A stretch of DNA of 64,000 nucleotides, from contig NW_018407093.1 of assembly GCF_002113885.1 (NCBI RefSeq), positions 515,296 through 579,295 of the forward strand, given 5' to 3'. A program made the position numbers and the translations under genes. The notes under the pieces are model-generated. The model saw only the letters and a program-made list of their open reading frames with translations. It had not been told where the DNA came from and made no database searches. This document shows, piece by piece, positions 51,676 through 64,000 of this stretch (positions within the stretch are counted from its first letter, which is position 1; every line of letters starts with the position of its first letter). This DNA is from Mizuhopecten yessoensis (Eukaryota).

Positions 51676-52743
51676 TCTGTGACATATACAGAGGATTAGC
51701 AGAGTTGGCACATGTTTGTCATTTCCACTTTAAATATCTGACCGCTTTTGATAGCATCAAAGACTTGCTTATGAACAAAATCAAATGTTTTAAATATGTC
51801 AATTTTGTTTAGAAATGTTGACAGTGGACATTTAAAATTGTCCTGGATGTTATTGAATCCAATATTTCGCCTCCATTAACAGTAGAAATATTCACTCTGA
51901 TGTACAAACTGAAGACGTGTGGACATTATTTCCATGATACCTACTATAGTTATAATAGATGTTTTACCTGGGGTGTTTACTGAGGTAAATATGGTAACCA
52001 TGCACATTGATGCTTTTCTCGTCTTGTATTCAACTGCTCATGATTCTCATCCGGTATCAATCAGCGAGTTTCTGTGGCGATAGAATCATTAGCAGAGGGA
52101 ATAAATCATAACCAAGGAAAATTGAAAATAAGAGTTTGTTTTATGAAAAGAAGACAGCAGCCTTTTCCGTCTCTATGATGTGTGTTAGGGGGGAGAGGTA
52201 TTTTAACACTAGACAAACAGGGGGTGGGTTTTGGCAGAGAAACACACATATCTATATCTGTGTACATGCTGGAGTGATCCAAAACGGCCTAGCATACTTT
52301 TCTGATCTTGATCAGTCTTTGATAACCACAAAAGATTCCAAGGTTTAGACTAATACCTGGGAAACTCCAACAATTCACTATGTTTTGATGATTAGTATGA
52401 ACAGTTAAGGCCTAAACATGTTGGCCTTTGGTTCTCCCGGCTTTTTGGTGGAATGAGTGTCCTGGATTGAAATTGTGCTTGGATTCGGAAAGTATATAGC
52501 TTCAGAAGACGTTTTACTGCCTTTCTTACATGAAAGTAGTCACAGTATGATTGTTGCCACTTTATGTACTCGGGGCGGCTAAATAGTGTTGCTGGAATGC
52601 ATTCCCTTTCATGTGTATTCAAAATGAAAGTTTCACTTTGAGAAATTTACTTCTCAATGATCACTTTTTTTGGCCAGCATTTTTTTGGAGCCCAATTCTT
52701 TGATCAGTGAGCAGATCATCGTGTTTACTTAGATAGTTCACAG

Positions 52744-52833
52744 ATTGAAGGCGATGAGTTTACGTGAGATTTTCATTACTCTCCGATCGGATTTACGGGG
52801 AACAAGGCTTCGACCAAGACCTGGACGAAACTG
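52744..52833 (+). CDS. Candidate 90-nt phase 2-2 cassette exon, or first exon from ATG 52754 (MSLREIFITLRSDLRGTRLRPRPGRN)
   Basis: ttcacAG (weak pyrimidine tract) to CTG|gtaaat; open in the frame required by the phase-2 intron; locally CpG-rich. Confidence 0.35.
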
Positions 52834-53004
52834 GTAAATATTTCATCTCTTGTCATACTGCATGTGACATAAGTTGGTTGTTACAATGTCAGTGATGCCA
52901 TGTGACAACTCTTAACGACCAACAGTTAAAAAAGTTAGTAGTCAATATGTTATAACTCGTATATGTAATGTTACTTTAAGTTGTAGACTGAGTAAATAGT
53001 GAGT

Positions 53005-53250
53005 AAATATGAGGCAAGAAATTAGTGAGTATATACGAGGCAAGAATAGAGGGTTTATATGAGGCAAGAATAGAGGGTTTATACAATGCAAGAATAGAGG
53101 GTTTATACGAGGCAAGAAATTAGTGAGTATATACGAGGCAAGAATAGAGGGTTTATACGAGGCAAGAATAGAGGGTTTATACGAGGCAAGAATAGAGGGT
53201 TTATACGAGGCAAGAATAGTGGGTTTATACGAAGCAAGAATAGTGGGTAT
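53005..53250. repeat. 24-bp minisatellite (GAGGCAAGAATAGAGGGTTTATAC)
   Basis: About ten copies. Confidence 0.9.
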
Positions 53251-54130
53251 ATAATGGGATTATTATCTGTGATTTTCCAGGCCAGTTACAATCATCTTTT
53301 CTAGTAATCACGAAAATTGTCATAGATAGTTACCAAACCACCACACACTACATCATTGCTTTCCTAGAAGATGTTAGCGTAGCAAAACAAAGTCAGTTTT
53401 GATAATGCTTTTTTTTACGAAAAATGAAAAGAAGTTTTTACCAACATTTTGAAAATGAATTAATTTTTTAACTCCTTACAACATTTGAGTTGGCTTCACC
53501 GTTTTTAAAAGTCTATAAAATGACATGATTGTTTTGTGATCTACAGAAGCATTTCTTATATGAGTAATGAATTATTTTTTAAATGATTTTCTATGATATG
53601 TGAAGCTGGTTATTGCTTCAGGCCATTAGTATTGATTCCGTCAACGTTATCAGATCGAGGCCCGCATGTGATAGTAAAAATATTGCTTACACAAGAAGAG
53701 ATGTTTATTAGTTGATTTCTTTGATGTTTAAACATCAGAAAATCTGACACAGATACTGGGCTATATTATTTTGTAGCGTAAAATGTTTATAAACGATGAC
53801 GTTGTTGCGTATTTCTGTTGAGTTTGTGAAAATGGTAACCTTGAGTGTCCATGGAATTCAAACAGAGCCCAACCTCTCTATTCCGAACATGTCATAGGTA
53901 CAGTTATAACAGTGGGTCAGATTACACAGGTTAAAATTTGAGTGAATTTGACTTACAGAACCATCCGCTACCTTGAGGGCGACAGACAAATCACTAACTG
54001 GTAAAACAGGAGATAACTCTGTGAATGGAGTTAGAAAATATTAATATTGTCTCAGAAATTCTCCGGAATCTGAAACTATTTGAGGTTTGTAGATAATTTA
54101 TTCTTGTAAAACTGATATTGTAATTGATAA

Positions 54131-57100
54131 CCCAGGCTAAAAAAAGGTACATTGAGGCATGCCTTTTTCATGCCTTTTTCATGCCTAAAATGTACCTTGG
54201 GCCCGAGGTACATTTTAGGCATGCCTAAAATGTACCTCTACTTCTGGGGTATTTTTAAAGTAGACCTCAAATGTGCCCCGTTTGGACTCTAATTTTGTCA
54301 ATGTGCCTCAAATGTGCCCCATTTGGACTCTAATTTTAAAAATGTGCCTCAAATGTGCCCCATTTGGACTTAGGTCTCTTCCACATGCCTCAAATGTGCC
54401 CTATTTGGACTCTTATTTTATCAATGTGCCTCAAATGTGCCCCATTTAGACTTTGATTTTTTTAATGTTCTCCATTAGGACTTAAAGACGTACTTCTTCC
54501 ACATGCCTTAAATGTGCCCCATTTGAACTCTATTTTTATCAATGTGCCTCAAATGTGCCCCATTTGGACTCTGATTTTTCACATGTTCCACTTTTAGACT
54601 TTGATTATTTTTAGCGTGCCTCAAATGTGCCCCATTTGGACTTGAACTTGTTCTCAATACTGCAAAATTGCCCACTTCAAATATGTTCTTTTCAATTATT
54701 TTTTTCAGATTTGACATACTTTTAATGATATTTTTTATATAAAATTAACCATCAAAATGTCTTTTTTGAATGCCATTTGCAAAATAAAAATTATATAACA
54801 AGCTAAACGAATGAATAAATAAACTTGAACTCTGTGAATTTACCTGGTCTAATTCAGAGACATGTAAAGCCACGTATCTGTCTTATATAAAACAGAAAAT
54901 TCATAAAACACATTTCTGTTTCAGTCATTGTTGCATTTAACTTTCAGTCCCAACAGCTAGAAAGACATAATTGAAAGATTTCAACGACATATTAGTGACA
55001 TATTTATTAAAATGTAAAACGAAAACAATTAAACTACACAATGGAAGTTTAAAAAAATCGGCCATGTCTTAGACGCTACGAAATACTCTGCAAACTGTTT
55101 AACTGTGAAGTAGTAACTACAAGCGTGTGTTTATACCTTGTATTTCTATTTCTTGAACTGATGTTTGAAAACGTGCCGGAAAGATCGTAGGAATGTTAAA
55201 ATCGTGTTTGGCTTCGTTGTGCAAGACTTCGTTTTTCTTTTCGACGTCGATGTATTTTCGTCGGCGAACAGCCAACATTTAGACGGCGCTTCAAACAATA
55301 TATAAGTGTTATATTGTTGATGTGATAGGAGACTCTTTTAATTTCCAAGTTAATTGCATTGTGAATGAGCCATTTATACCGAGTCCGCCGAAGCCATGTG
55401 AAGCCATAACCCGGAAGTATATTTGAGAATGGAGAAAACGCGCGGATTCATTGCGTACGACACAACGTGTCTATAGGCCCCCTATTTGTCATACTGTTTT
55501 TTTCTGTCACTTAATATAGTAATTATATCATTCACAAATACGATAAAATGGGGAGGGGACTGGAAAGTAACGCGAGGACGTGAAAAGTATAATCGTCATT
55601 CCTCGTATGTAAACAACTATTTTCCCATGATGCAATACCATTAAATAAGCCAATCACAACAAAGCGGGAAATTTATTCATCATTTGATTCAACTTTGACC
55701 CACGACCTATATGCTGCGAATGTAAACAACCTGGTCGATCTCAAAACGCTTCAATTTTACGGTAGTATTTTCATGTTATGCTGGAGTTTTCCGGTATCCA
55801 GTCTCTGAGAACAAGACATTGAATGGTGAAGTCGGAACAGAATGTGTTTTCTACACAAACGGCGACGAAATCGATTCACTTATCCCAGACCTCGCCGGCA
55901 AACATGGCGGCCATTACGTAAGTTTACATGTGAAAATTTCGTCAATGTAACTTTTAATTGTTTTGACAAAAATATAGATCAAATTCTTCGCCCCAATTGG
56001 TCATGTTCATGAAAGATTATTCTTCATTGTTTTTCAGCTCATCGGTGACAATCGAGCTATAGCTTCTGCACCCCCGGGCCGCGGCACCCAATTTTAGAAG
56101 TTTTGAGGCAAGTTTTCAATGTTTTTGACTACACAAGTCTCTATGAATCCGTTCGGAGTTTGGGGTGTGATACAACAAACAGTTTGACGTTTTAAATGTT
56201 TGTATTGTTTTCAAAATTTCAGCGTGCTGATAATCGTCAAAACTTTTTTAAGTGAATTTATTTAAACGTTTTAGGGGAGTTCAATATTTGAAATTAATTC
56301 TTACTACAAACAATGTGTGTGAAATAATGTTTCATTAAATGTTAAAATTACTTGTTTTCTTTCACATTTTGCTTTGGCTTATGGTTTATGATTTTTGATT
56401 TTTCTCAATTGACTCCATCGAAATATTATAATTATTATTACTTATATTTCAATGAAATTTTTTTTTCTTTTTATACACCAGTCAAACCCCTCTATATCTT
56501 CAAAATTGCAGGTTCAATTAATTGCAGGTCATCACAGTTTTTCTTCATGTATATTATTCCAATAATTACAGCAGACATGTACTTGCTTAGTTATTTTCAT
56601 CATGTTACATAATAATCTAATTATGTATATGTACATTTAAATTTTCAAGATATTCTTTTTATCATATATTTTCAATATTTTTATTTTATGATCATTATGG
56701 ACTGTCTGTATCAATCAGAAAAAAGGAAAGGAAAAAAAGCCTTCTTGAACATTTTAGCCTGATAAAAAAAAAGTTCAAAAATATTTTATTAGTATGATTG
56801 ATAAGTCAGTAAGTTTTTCAAACTTATAATAGATGACTTCTCCAAATAGGTCATGTGATGGCATGAAAGATGATATATAGGTACATTAAGAAACAAACAA
56901 ATTGATGAAACATATCACAGTGAAATCAAGGATTCGTGGAGGGGGAGAGAGAAGAGGGGTGAGGGTATAAATAGAGAACAGAGATTTAATTAAATCTTCC
57001 TGACTTACCTAAATAAAATATAGTGTAACTGTTGTTATATATGTCTATACACATTGAAAAATCTTAAAAGTTCAGACTGAAAGGATTTCCAAGAATGCGT

Positions 57101-59755
57101 GAGATTTCATCTAGGGTCTAGTAGAGTTCTTTTTTTCTCCCTCCTTTAATTTCCCTGGCGCATAACACCTCGGACGCTCGACCCCCTGTTATAGAATACA
57201 CTCCAAAAAAACAAACATTGATTTGCTTTGCCACAGTGTCTTCATTTTTTGAGTAGATATTTAATAACAAATAAAGAAATTATTTTGTTTTGGTTTACCA
57301 TATGGGAAATCTTGTTAACCTCTCTATTCATTATTGATATGAAATATTGTCATTCTTTCACTTTAAGTTCAAGATTTTTCTTGATTGTTTATCGTAGGAT
57401 GTAAATCAAACATAACATCTTGTACCGGATTCAGTGGTGTTGTTGCTCATCATTTCTACTTGCCGTTGCTCTGTTAATCAAACAGTTTGATTATGTGAAA
57501 CAGCAGGATATATACTTATTTCTTGATTTTCTTTCATTCAGACCCTTCAGATGCTGAAGGACCTTCATTAAACCAACAGAAAGATATGGACGTCACAGAT
57601 GGTAATTTTCATTTAACTTTTGGTCACCAGCTCATGCAAAGGGGATGTGGTCGTACATATTTTAGCAATATTATCTTAGCACATACAAACTAAATTCTGG
57701 GTCTGCAGCTGAACACTTTCAATGATATGAGCCCCAATCTTTTTTCTTTGCATTCTAAACATTATGGCTAATTACATTATCCTAGATTTAGGGTGTGTAG
57801 GCCTCTCATTGTTCCTAAACATATTTACATCATCAGACGCAGTCAAAATACTTTACTGATACTTGCATTTGTAACAAAGAGGGGATGGCAATAACATAAA
57901 CAAAGCGATGTTCCCTCCCTTCATTATAGAGTTATGTCCCCTCGTTTGACATGTTTACACTATTCCTCTCAAAGTACTGCACCAATATACTTAATAAGCA
58001 TTTCATTCTAACTGACCATTTGTGAATTATATATAAAGTCAACTCCCATATTAATAGAAATATTTTTCCTTTTGTTTAGAAAATAAATTCACTACTCCTT
58101 CCATATTACTTCACCAATTTAAGTGATACCTTTTAAACAATACAGTATATAAATCGGGGGTCCTCTCCCAATTATAGAGCTATGTCCCTTTGTTTAAAAA
58201 ACTGTTTGTATTACTCCCGAGGTACAATAAAAATGAGACTGGTGTTTCGCCATATATATATTTAGGCATGGCCTTTATTTCAATTTTCATACCAAAATAT
58301 ATTTAAGTGCTGTTGATCTGATTGCTTCAATTTTAAACCTTGTTGTATATATATATATGCCCCATATATATCTACATGTATGTATAATTACTTAATTTAT
58401 TCAAACCTGACAAGCAATTCATGAACTATTACATTTTCCTTTACTTTGTTATTGAGTTAATTTGATCATTATTTTTTTTCAGTATAATCCCTCCTGAATT
58501 CCCAGAAGATTGTGACCCTATCCGCCACCATCAGAAGCTTAATGAGGACAGTTACAGTACTTGCTGACTTAAGTTGGGCATATATGTCTCATAATAAAGT
58601 TTCATAGTTTTTTATAAGTTATTTAATATATGATATGATACTTATATATATTTGCCCGAATATTTTTGACACATGCACATCATCACATGTTCATATTCAA
58701 TTCTTTCTTCTTTACAAAAGTCCCAGAGACAACAAATGAAATGATTGAACTTCAATACTCCATCTAGTTTCGAATTTAAACATTATGTTTATTAAGCCCA
58801 AAAACCTCTTTTGATTTATGAACAGATGAAAATGTATAACTGTAAGGGATTATCCCATTTATATTATTTTATGATGCGTTTGTATATATATTATTCTATG
58901 AAGCAAATTTGAATAAATTTAAATTATCGAAAGTTTGTATCCCATTTAGTAATAGTTAACAAATTTTTAAATATTTTAATTTACATGCAAAAGACTTCAT
59001 CAGTAATAATTATCTTCAAGTTACTTCATTACTTTTTAGATTATCACTTTGTCAGTGTGTATATCTGTCTATATTATATAGGTTCTAATTTATTTAACTT
59101 ATGATTATTTGAATTTGTACTGTTTCAACTAGAAATCAGTAAATGTATCACAATAAAATATTGTTTGCAAAAATCTTGACTAGTTATTTTCTGAAAAAGT
59201 TAGCAGGGATAGTAGGAATTTAATCCCAGTAAGGATAGATATTTTTTAGGCATACCTTAAATGTACCTCGTATCAAGGCACATTTCAGGTATACCTCAGT
59301 CAGAGGTACGATTTAGGCACATATTAGGTATACCTCTGACTGAGGTATGATTTAGGCACATTTTAGGTATACATACCTCAGTCAGAGGTATGATTTAGGC
59401 ACACTTAAGGTATACCTCTGACTGAGGTACGATTTAGGCACATTTAAGGTATACCTCCGACTGAGGTATGATTTAGGCACATTTAAGGTATACGTACCTC
59501 AGTCAGAGGTACAAATTAGGCACATTTTAGGTATACCTCAGTCAGAGGTATAAAAAAGGCACATTTTAGGCATGCCTTAATTGTGCCTAAAATGTGCCTA
59601 AAATGTACCTATATTGAACAGGTTTTAACCCCTCCTATTCTGTCCTCTTTTTCTTCCCTACCCAAAATGTACCTAAGGCATGCCTTAGATATACCTAAAG
59701 CATGCCTTAGGTACCCCAAAAAGTGTACCTCAAATGTACCTTTTTTTCCCCTGGG
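54131..59755. mobile_element. 5.6-kb non-autonomous CACTA/EnSpm(CMC)-like DNA transposon
   Basis: TIRs CCCAGGctAAAAAAAGGTACATTGAGG / CCTCAAATGTACCTTTTTTTccCCTGGG. 2-bp TSD AA (54129-54130, 59756-59757). Subterminal arrays of TGCCTCAAATGTGCC (54180-54640) and inverted AGGCACATTTaAGGTA (59245-59740). No transposase ORF. Confidence 0.82.
55380..55923. promoter_or_regulatory. CpG-rich promoter-like core inside the transposon
   Basis: CCGGAAGT (55411), ACTATTTTCCCATGATGCA (55616), AGCCAATC (55648), GCGGGAAA (55664), AACATGGCGGC (55901), followed by donor GTAAGT (55918). Confidence 0.55.
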
Positions 59756-60427
59756 AAGGGTGAAATATTCTGGATTCAATAAATGTCAATCAAATTGTGT
59801 AAAGTATATACCGTAGCCTGTATAATGGCCATGTTTCTATACTTGTGACCAGGTCAGGTTGTACAGGGGAATTCTTATCGGGACATGAAAGCCACGGGAA
59901 ACATAGAGGGGTCAATCAAAAGATAAACAGGGTTCAGAGATGTAGCCTGTAGCCCCTCCGAGCCAGGTGTCCACTGATAGCTGGGAGCCTCCCCCTCCCG
60001 CAGTCTATAGTGTACCGTAGTTATCCTGCAACACTCCAAAGAGGAACAACACATATCATTATTTTAATCGATTTTGAGCTGACTCTGATTGGCTGAAACA
60101 ACACCATGTGACCACCTGTAAAAGTAGTTATAAACCTGAGTGGTTTGCAGGTGTTCAAAAAAGTTGGTAGAAAAAGTGTTATTGACCTGCAATAAATAGA
60201 TTCTGGAATTTTTGTGAAGTCATTTAGATGCTTGATTAACATCCCATGGGAGACAAACATAGTAATGATCAAGATTAACACTGAAGTCACTTATTGCAGA
60301 TATTAAATTAAAAAATGTTATTTTTCTGATATTTTTGATTAGTTAATTTTAAAATTTGTGACTAAAAAAAATGGAAATTACATTTTTTTCTTCAACTTTG
60401 AAAAAAATCAATTAAAATAATAAAACT

Positions 60428-60584
60428 ATTGTAACATGGTGATTTCGGTCGATACATGGTTTTATCGTCGATACATGGTTTTATCGACCTAGGTTAGCAA
60501 TATTGACCTCGGACTGCGTCCTTGGTCAATATTGCTAACTTAGGTCGATAAAACCATGTATCAACCTCATCACCATGCTATAAT
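60428..60584. mobile_element. Fold-back (near-palindromic) MITE
   Basis: Arms CATGGTGAT..GATACATGGTTTTATCGACCTAGGTTAGCAATATTGACC and their reverse complement around a short loop; small internal duplication in the left arm. Confidence 0.75.
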
Positions 60585-60620
60585 TGTATAATATCTTAAT
60601 ATCTGACTCAAATCAAAGAA

Positions 60621-60845
60621 TTGGGATGAGGAGCAATCATTTAAATTAACTCCAGTCGCATCGAAGGAGACCAAGGTATTCAGACAGCAAATGTGAAAAA
60701 TAGTATTGTGATTGTTTAATAACCTTATTTGCTTAACAAATTGTGTTTATGAAACTACCATTCAAAATCGTGTTTTTGAAAAAAAAAATATAACAAAAAA
60801 ATATAACAATTGTAATTTATAGTATTTGAACCCCTATATATGCAG
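60621..60845 (+). repeat. ~225-bp direct repeat, second copy at 62552-62771
   Basis: TTGGGATGAGGAGCAATCATTTAAATTAACTC...GAACCCCTATATATGCAG recurs. Confidence 0.9.
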
Positions 60846-61102
60846 GACAGTAAATAGCACTGGTAGCTTTTCTTCTTAATTATATTATAGGCATGGACTT
60901 ATTACTACCATGTATACCTTCATTTCAGTGTAATTTCCCTGCCAGCCCAATGTTAAAAAAGCAGTTCCCTGTTCCCTGAAGATATCTGTTTTATTATAAA
61001 GGTAGCTAGACACTTGTTAACATATCACCAATAACAGATGCTCTATAAGATGATAATTTATAGCTAATTTTAATCCAAGAATTGACTTCTTTTGAGACTG
61101 TA

Positions 61103-61193
61103 TTAACTCATTCACCCCTAAAATTTCATAATGGACTATTCCAACCTTTGCATTGAAAGAGTTCAAATGTGTCTTCGGGGGTGAATGAGTTTA
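61103..61193. mobile_element. TTAA-flanked MITE, copy 4
   Basis: Same family; right TTAA mutated. Confidence 0.75.
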
Positions 61194-62822
61194 GAGTTAA
61201 AGTATTCTTGAGATTTTCTTAGTTAATCTAAGTATGTATTAGGTATGACATAGGCAGTGATATGTCTGTATTGATGGTTGTGTGATATCTTGGCTATAGA
61301 GATAGGGGACGGTCATGTTACTGAAAACAATATAATAGCAGTCTTTGTAGTTTCTGGTAGAAACTGATACAGGCCTTTCATGAATCTTAATCCCAACAGA
61401 AACAAGTAAGTTTTTCGATGCCAATTTGGGCTTCATCATCTCATTTTAAATGTGTTTTCTATTCTCACTTCCGAAGTGTATCACTGTCAAAGGTAGCAAG
61501 GTTTTCATCATTTATACACATATTTTATGGTGAAATAATATAAGAGGAAAAAGATATTTGAAAACGATAATAAATGTCAAATCAAACATAATGTGTTTTG
61601 CTTGACAACTGAGGTGTTGTGCCCCTGATGAAGATAAATATATGTGTATTTATCCGTGTATGAATAGGGGATACTGATTGTGACTATATCTGTCAGTATG
61701 GCTGTCGACCAATGAAAAACCTTGTAACATAGCAGACGTGCTAGAATCATATTAACCGTCAGAACAGAATACCAATGGGACCGAAAATTAAGTCCGAAAT
61801 TCAGATTTCAGAGTGAGCAAAGTGACTTACAGAGAAACCATACAGACGGAACTTCAATGAAGTATTGCTTTAGACAGATTTTCAGATTAGACAGAGATTC
61901 TGATTATATAGTACTCCCTTGACAGACTAGACAGTGTTAATAAAGTAGAACTGTTGTAGATAATTATAGGTTTGTGATTCTCAGAAACATGAATTCACAT
62001 CACGAGTTCCGTGCCGAATACAGCGAATGTGTCCAGTATAAATGAGGCAATGTATTAATTGTCTCAACCGAGATCAAACAACACCAACAAAAATATCAAT
62101 TAAGAGAAAAGGCAAAAAGTGAAGTTCAAACAAATTAACAGAAAATGAAGCAGAAAAAGTGCAAAATGTCTATCAGATTCAAGCAGAAGACATCCAATCA
62201 GCTCTAAACGACATCGTACCAGCTCCAGTTAACATGGTTGATGAAGTGTCAATAACGAAAAGTACATCTCCAAAGAGAATGGGAACATGAATACTGTAAT
62301 ACAAAACTATTGTATAACCTATGTATAATAGCGTCCATGTCGGCCTGGAGTACAACTACCCATTAAGTAATCGACTTGTAAAAACATTAAAAGGACAGCA
62401 CCATCAATACGGAACGCCTACCACTGCCGTAGATTTATAGCCCCTCATGGAATGTAAGCCGAGGACGACAAATGCTTTAATGCTCCCAATTATGATGTAA
62501 CATGCCTTGTTTCATGGACCAATCAACTGAATGGAAATTGGTAAAAAGCATTTGGGATGAGGAGCAATCATTTAAATTAACTCTGGTCGCATCGAAGGAG
62601 ACTAAGGTATTCAGACAGCAAATGTGAAAAATAGTATTGTGATGGTTTAATAACCTTATTTGCTTAACAAGTTGTGTTTATGGAACTATTCAAAATCGTG
62701 TTTTTGGAGAGAGAAAAAATAAAAATGTATAACAATTATAATTTCTAGTATTTGAACCCCTATATATGCAGTTTATGTTTGAGAAACTTCATATTTTTAC
62801 AAAATGATGTAGAAGATTTACA

Positions 62823-63029
62823 TTAAACTCTTATTCTGTCTTTTTATATTGCAGAGTTATCTGCTCTTGTGAGCAGGTATTGATTGTTACATCATTAGTT
62901 TGTGTGAGAATATTACGTTGTTTTCTCAAAAAATGATGAAATTACTCTCACAAACAAATGACGTAACAATCAATACCTGCTATCAAGAGCAGATAACTCT
63001 GCAATACGAAAAGACGGAATAGAGGTTAA
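62823..63029. mobile_element. Fold-back MITE (~200 bp) bounded by TTAA
   Basis: Arms TATTGCAGAGTTATCTGCTCTTG..AGCAGGTATTGATTGTTAC and their reverse complement; AGTTATCT/AGATAACT fragments recur elsewhere in the window. Confidence 0.7.
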
Positions 63030-64000
63030 CAGACTTGGTATCCCAAATGTCACAGATTTTCGAATAGTTAGTAGCATGCTTTACAGTTTAATGAATGAAA
63101 TCTTAAAAATTATCTTAATTACATTAATTGTATTTTGTTCATAAATCTGAATCAGTAATTGCTCTGGTGTGGTCAGTAATTCCCATTAACATGGCTGATC
63201 ATCTTAACTGACCATTTGTCAGTGATAGAGTTAGTGGTCACTGCTACCGTAGGGCACACTGTTTACTTGTCTCGGAGAATCAATTACTGAATGGCAGGTA
63301 TTAACGGGGTATTTCATACCTGTATACACACCAGGGACAAAGTGGTATTGATCAGTGACGGAGATCAAGAGCACTTCGTTAAATGTGACCAGATGTATCA
63401 GGTCGGGTTGTACAGGTGCAGATACTAAAGACCCTTCAGGTGTCACACAGGGTCAGGGTTTTTTGAGTACTTTGGGTCAGATCGCAAGCTTGAGATATAC
63501 CCGGATCAGTATGTGGATCACCAAGGTCTTTAGAATGTTTGTCTTCCATTATAGGTGGTCTCCTAATACAGGTGGTCTGCAGTCACAAGTGGTTTTGATT
63601 TGACAAGTATGTGAACATCCAGAGCTATCCAAGTCGGTAAATCTATATTGTACTTGGCATTAGATACAGTGCGACGTACGTACTGCCTGAGTTTTTAAGT
63701 GCAACACTAAGTACACATAACGCTCTTGTCTAAAAACAATAATAAAAATTAAAATGACATCAGTATTGATTTGTTTAAAAAATCTATAGTACCTGGCCTG
63801 CTATACCTGTTGATGTATGATATAACACGTTGTTAATTGTTCTAGGTAACAGGTAACTGTCTGTCAAGAGCACCTGTAGATTACTGAACTCTATATTAGG
63901 ACTCCTCTCAATATTTAACAATTTTCTTAAGTGGAAACCTGTGTAGAAGAGATAAGTAGCTGCGGCTGCTATTTATTACGACTGTTTATTACGACTGTTT

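Noticed and set aside
51099-51812. Trp/Gly/Pro-rich and Thr/Pro-rich ORFs
   Set aside because: Stop-free 11-bp simple repeat, open in five frames.
61960-62550. Possible LINE/Penelope 3' fragment
   Set aside because: Looks like an interspersed repeat, but no ORF, tail or TSD that I can support.
63291-63428. 45-codon ORF (MAGINGVFHTCIHTRDKVV...) with a possible phase-2 donor near 63415
   Set aside because: Weak donor (gtgcag), weak acceptor, no recognisable PHLDB similarity.

Overview
AT-rich, repeat-dense animal genomic DNA. The repeat families suggest a mollusc, probably a bivalve, but this is inference. The window lies inside one + strand multi-exon gene encoding a PHLDB/LL5-family (pleckstrin homology-like domain family B) protein. 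I reconstructed nine phase-consistent coding exons between 7839 and 40386 (about 4.5 kb of CDS), including a 3.2-kb Ser-rich exon and one GC-AG intron. The PH domain and any N-terminal FHA exons lie outside the window. The introns hold about 20 minisatellites, several MITE/SINE/HINE-type fragments, a 5.6-kb CACTA/EnSpm-like element with a promoter-like core, and a miniature LTR element whose LTR contains a tRNA-like Pol III promoter. The most unusual observations are: (i) a 127/128-identical inverted copy of coding sequence about 420 bp into the downstream intron, predicting an exon-intron dsRNA; (ii) tandem arrays built from exon ends plus their 5' splice sites, giving many decoy donors; (iii) several phase-matched candidate alternative first exons; (iv) a ~525-bp inverted repeat around a satellite. 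Most ORF-track entries are artefacts of tandem repeats. All coordinates were read by eye, and repeat boundaries are approximate.
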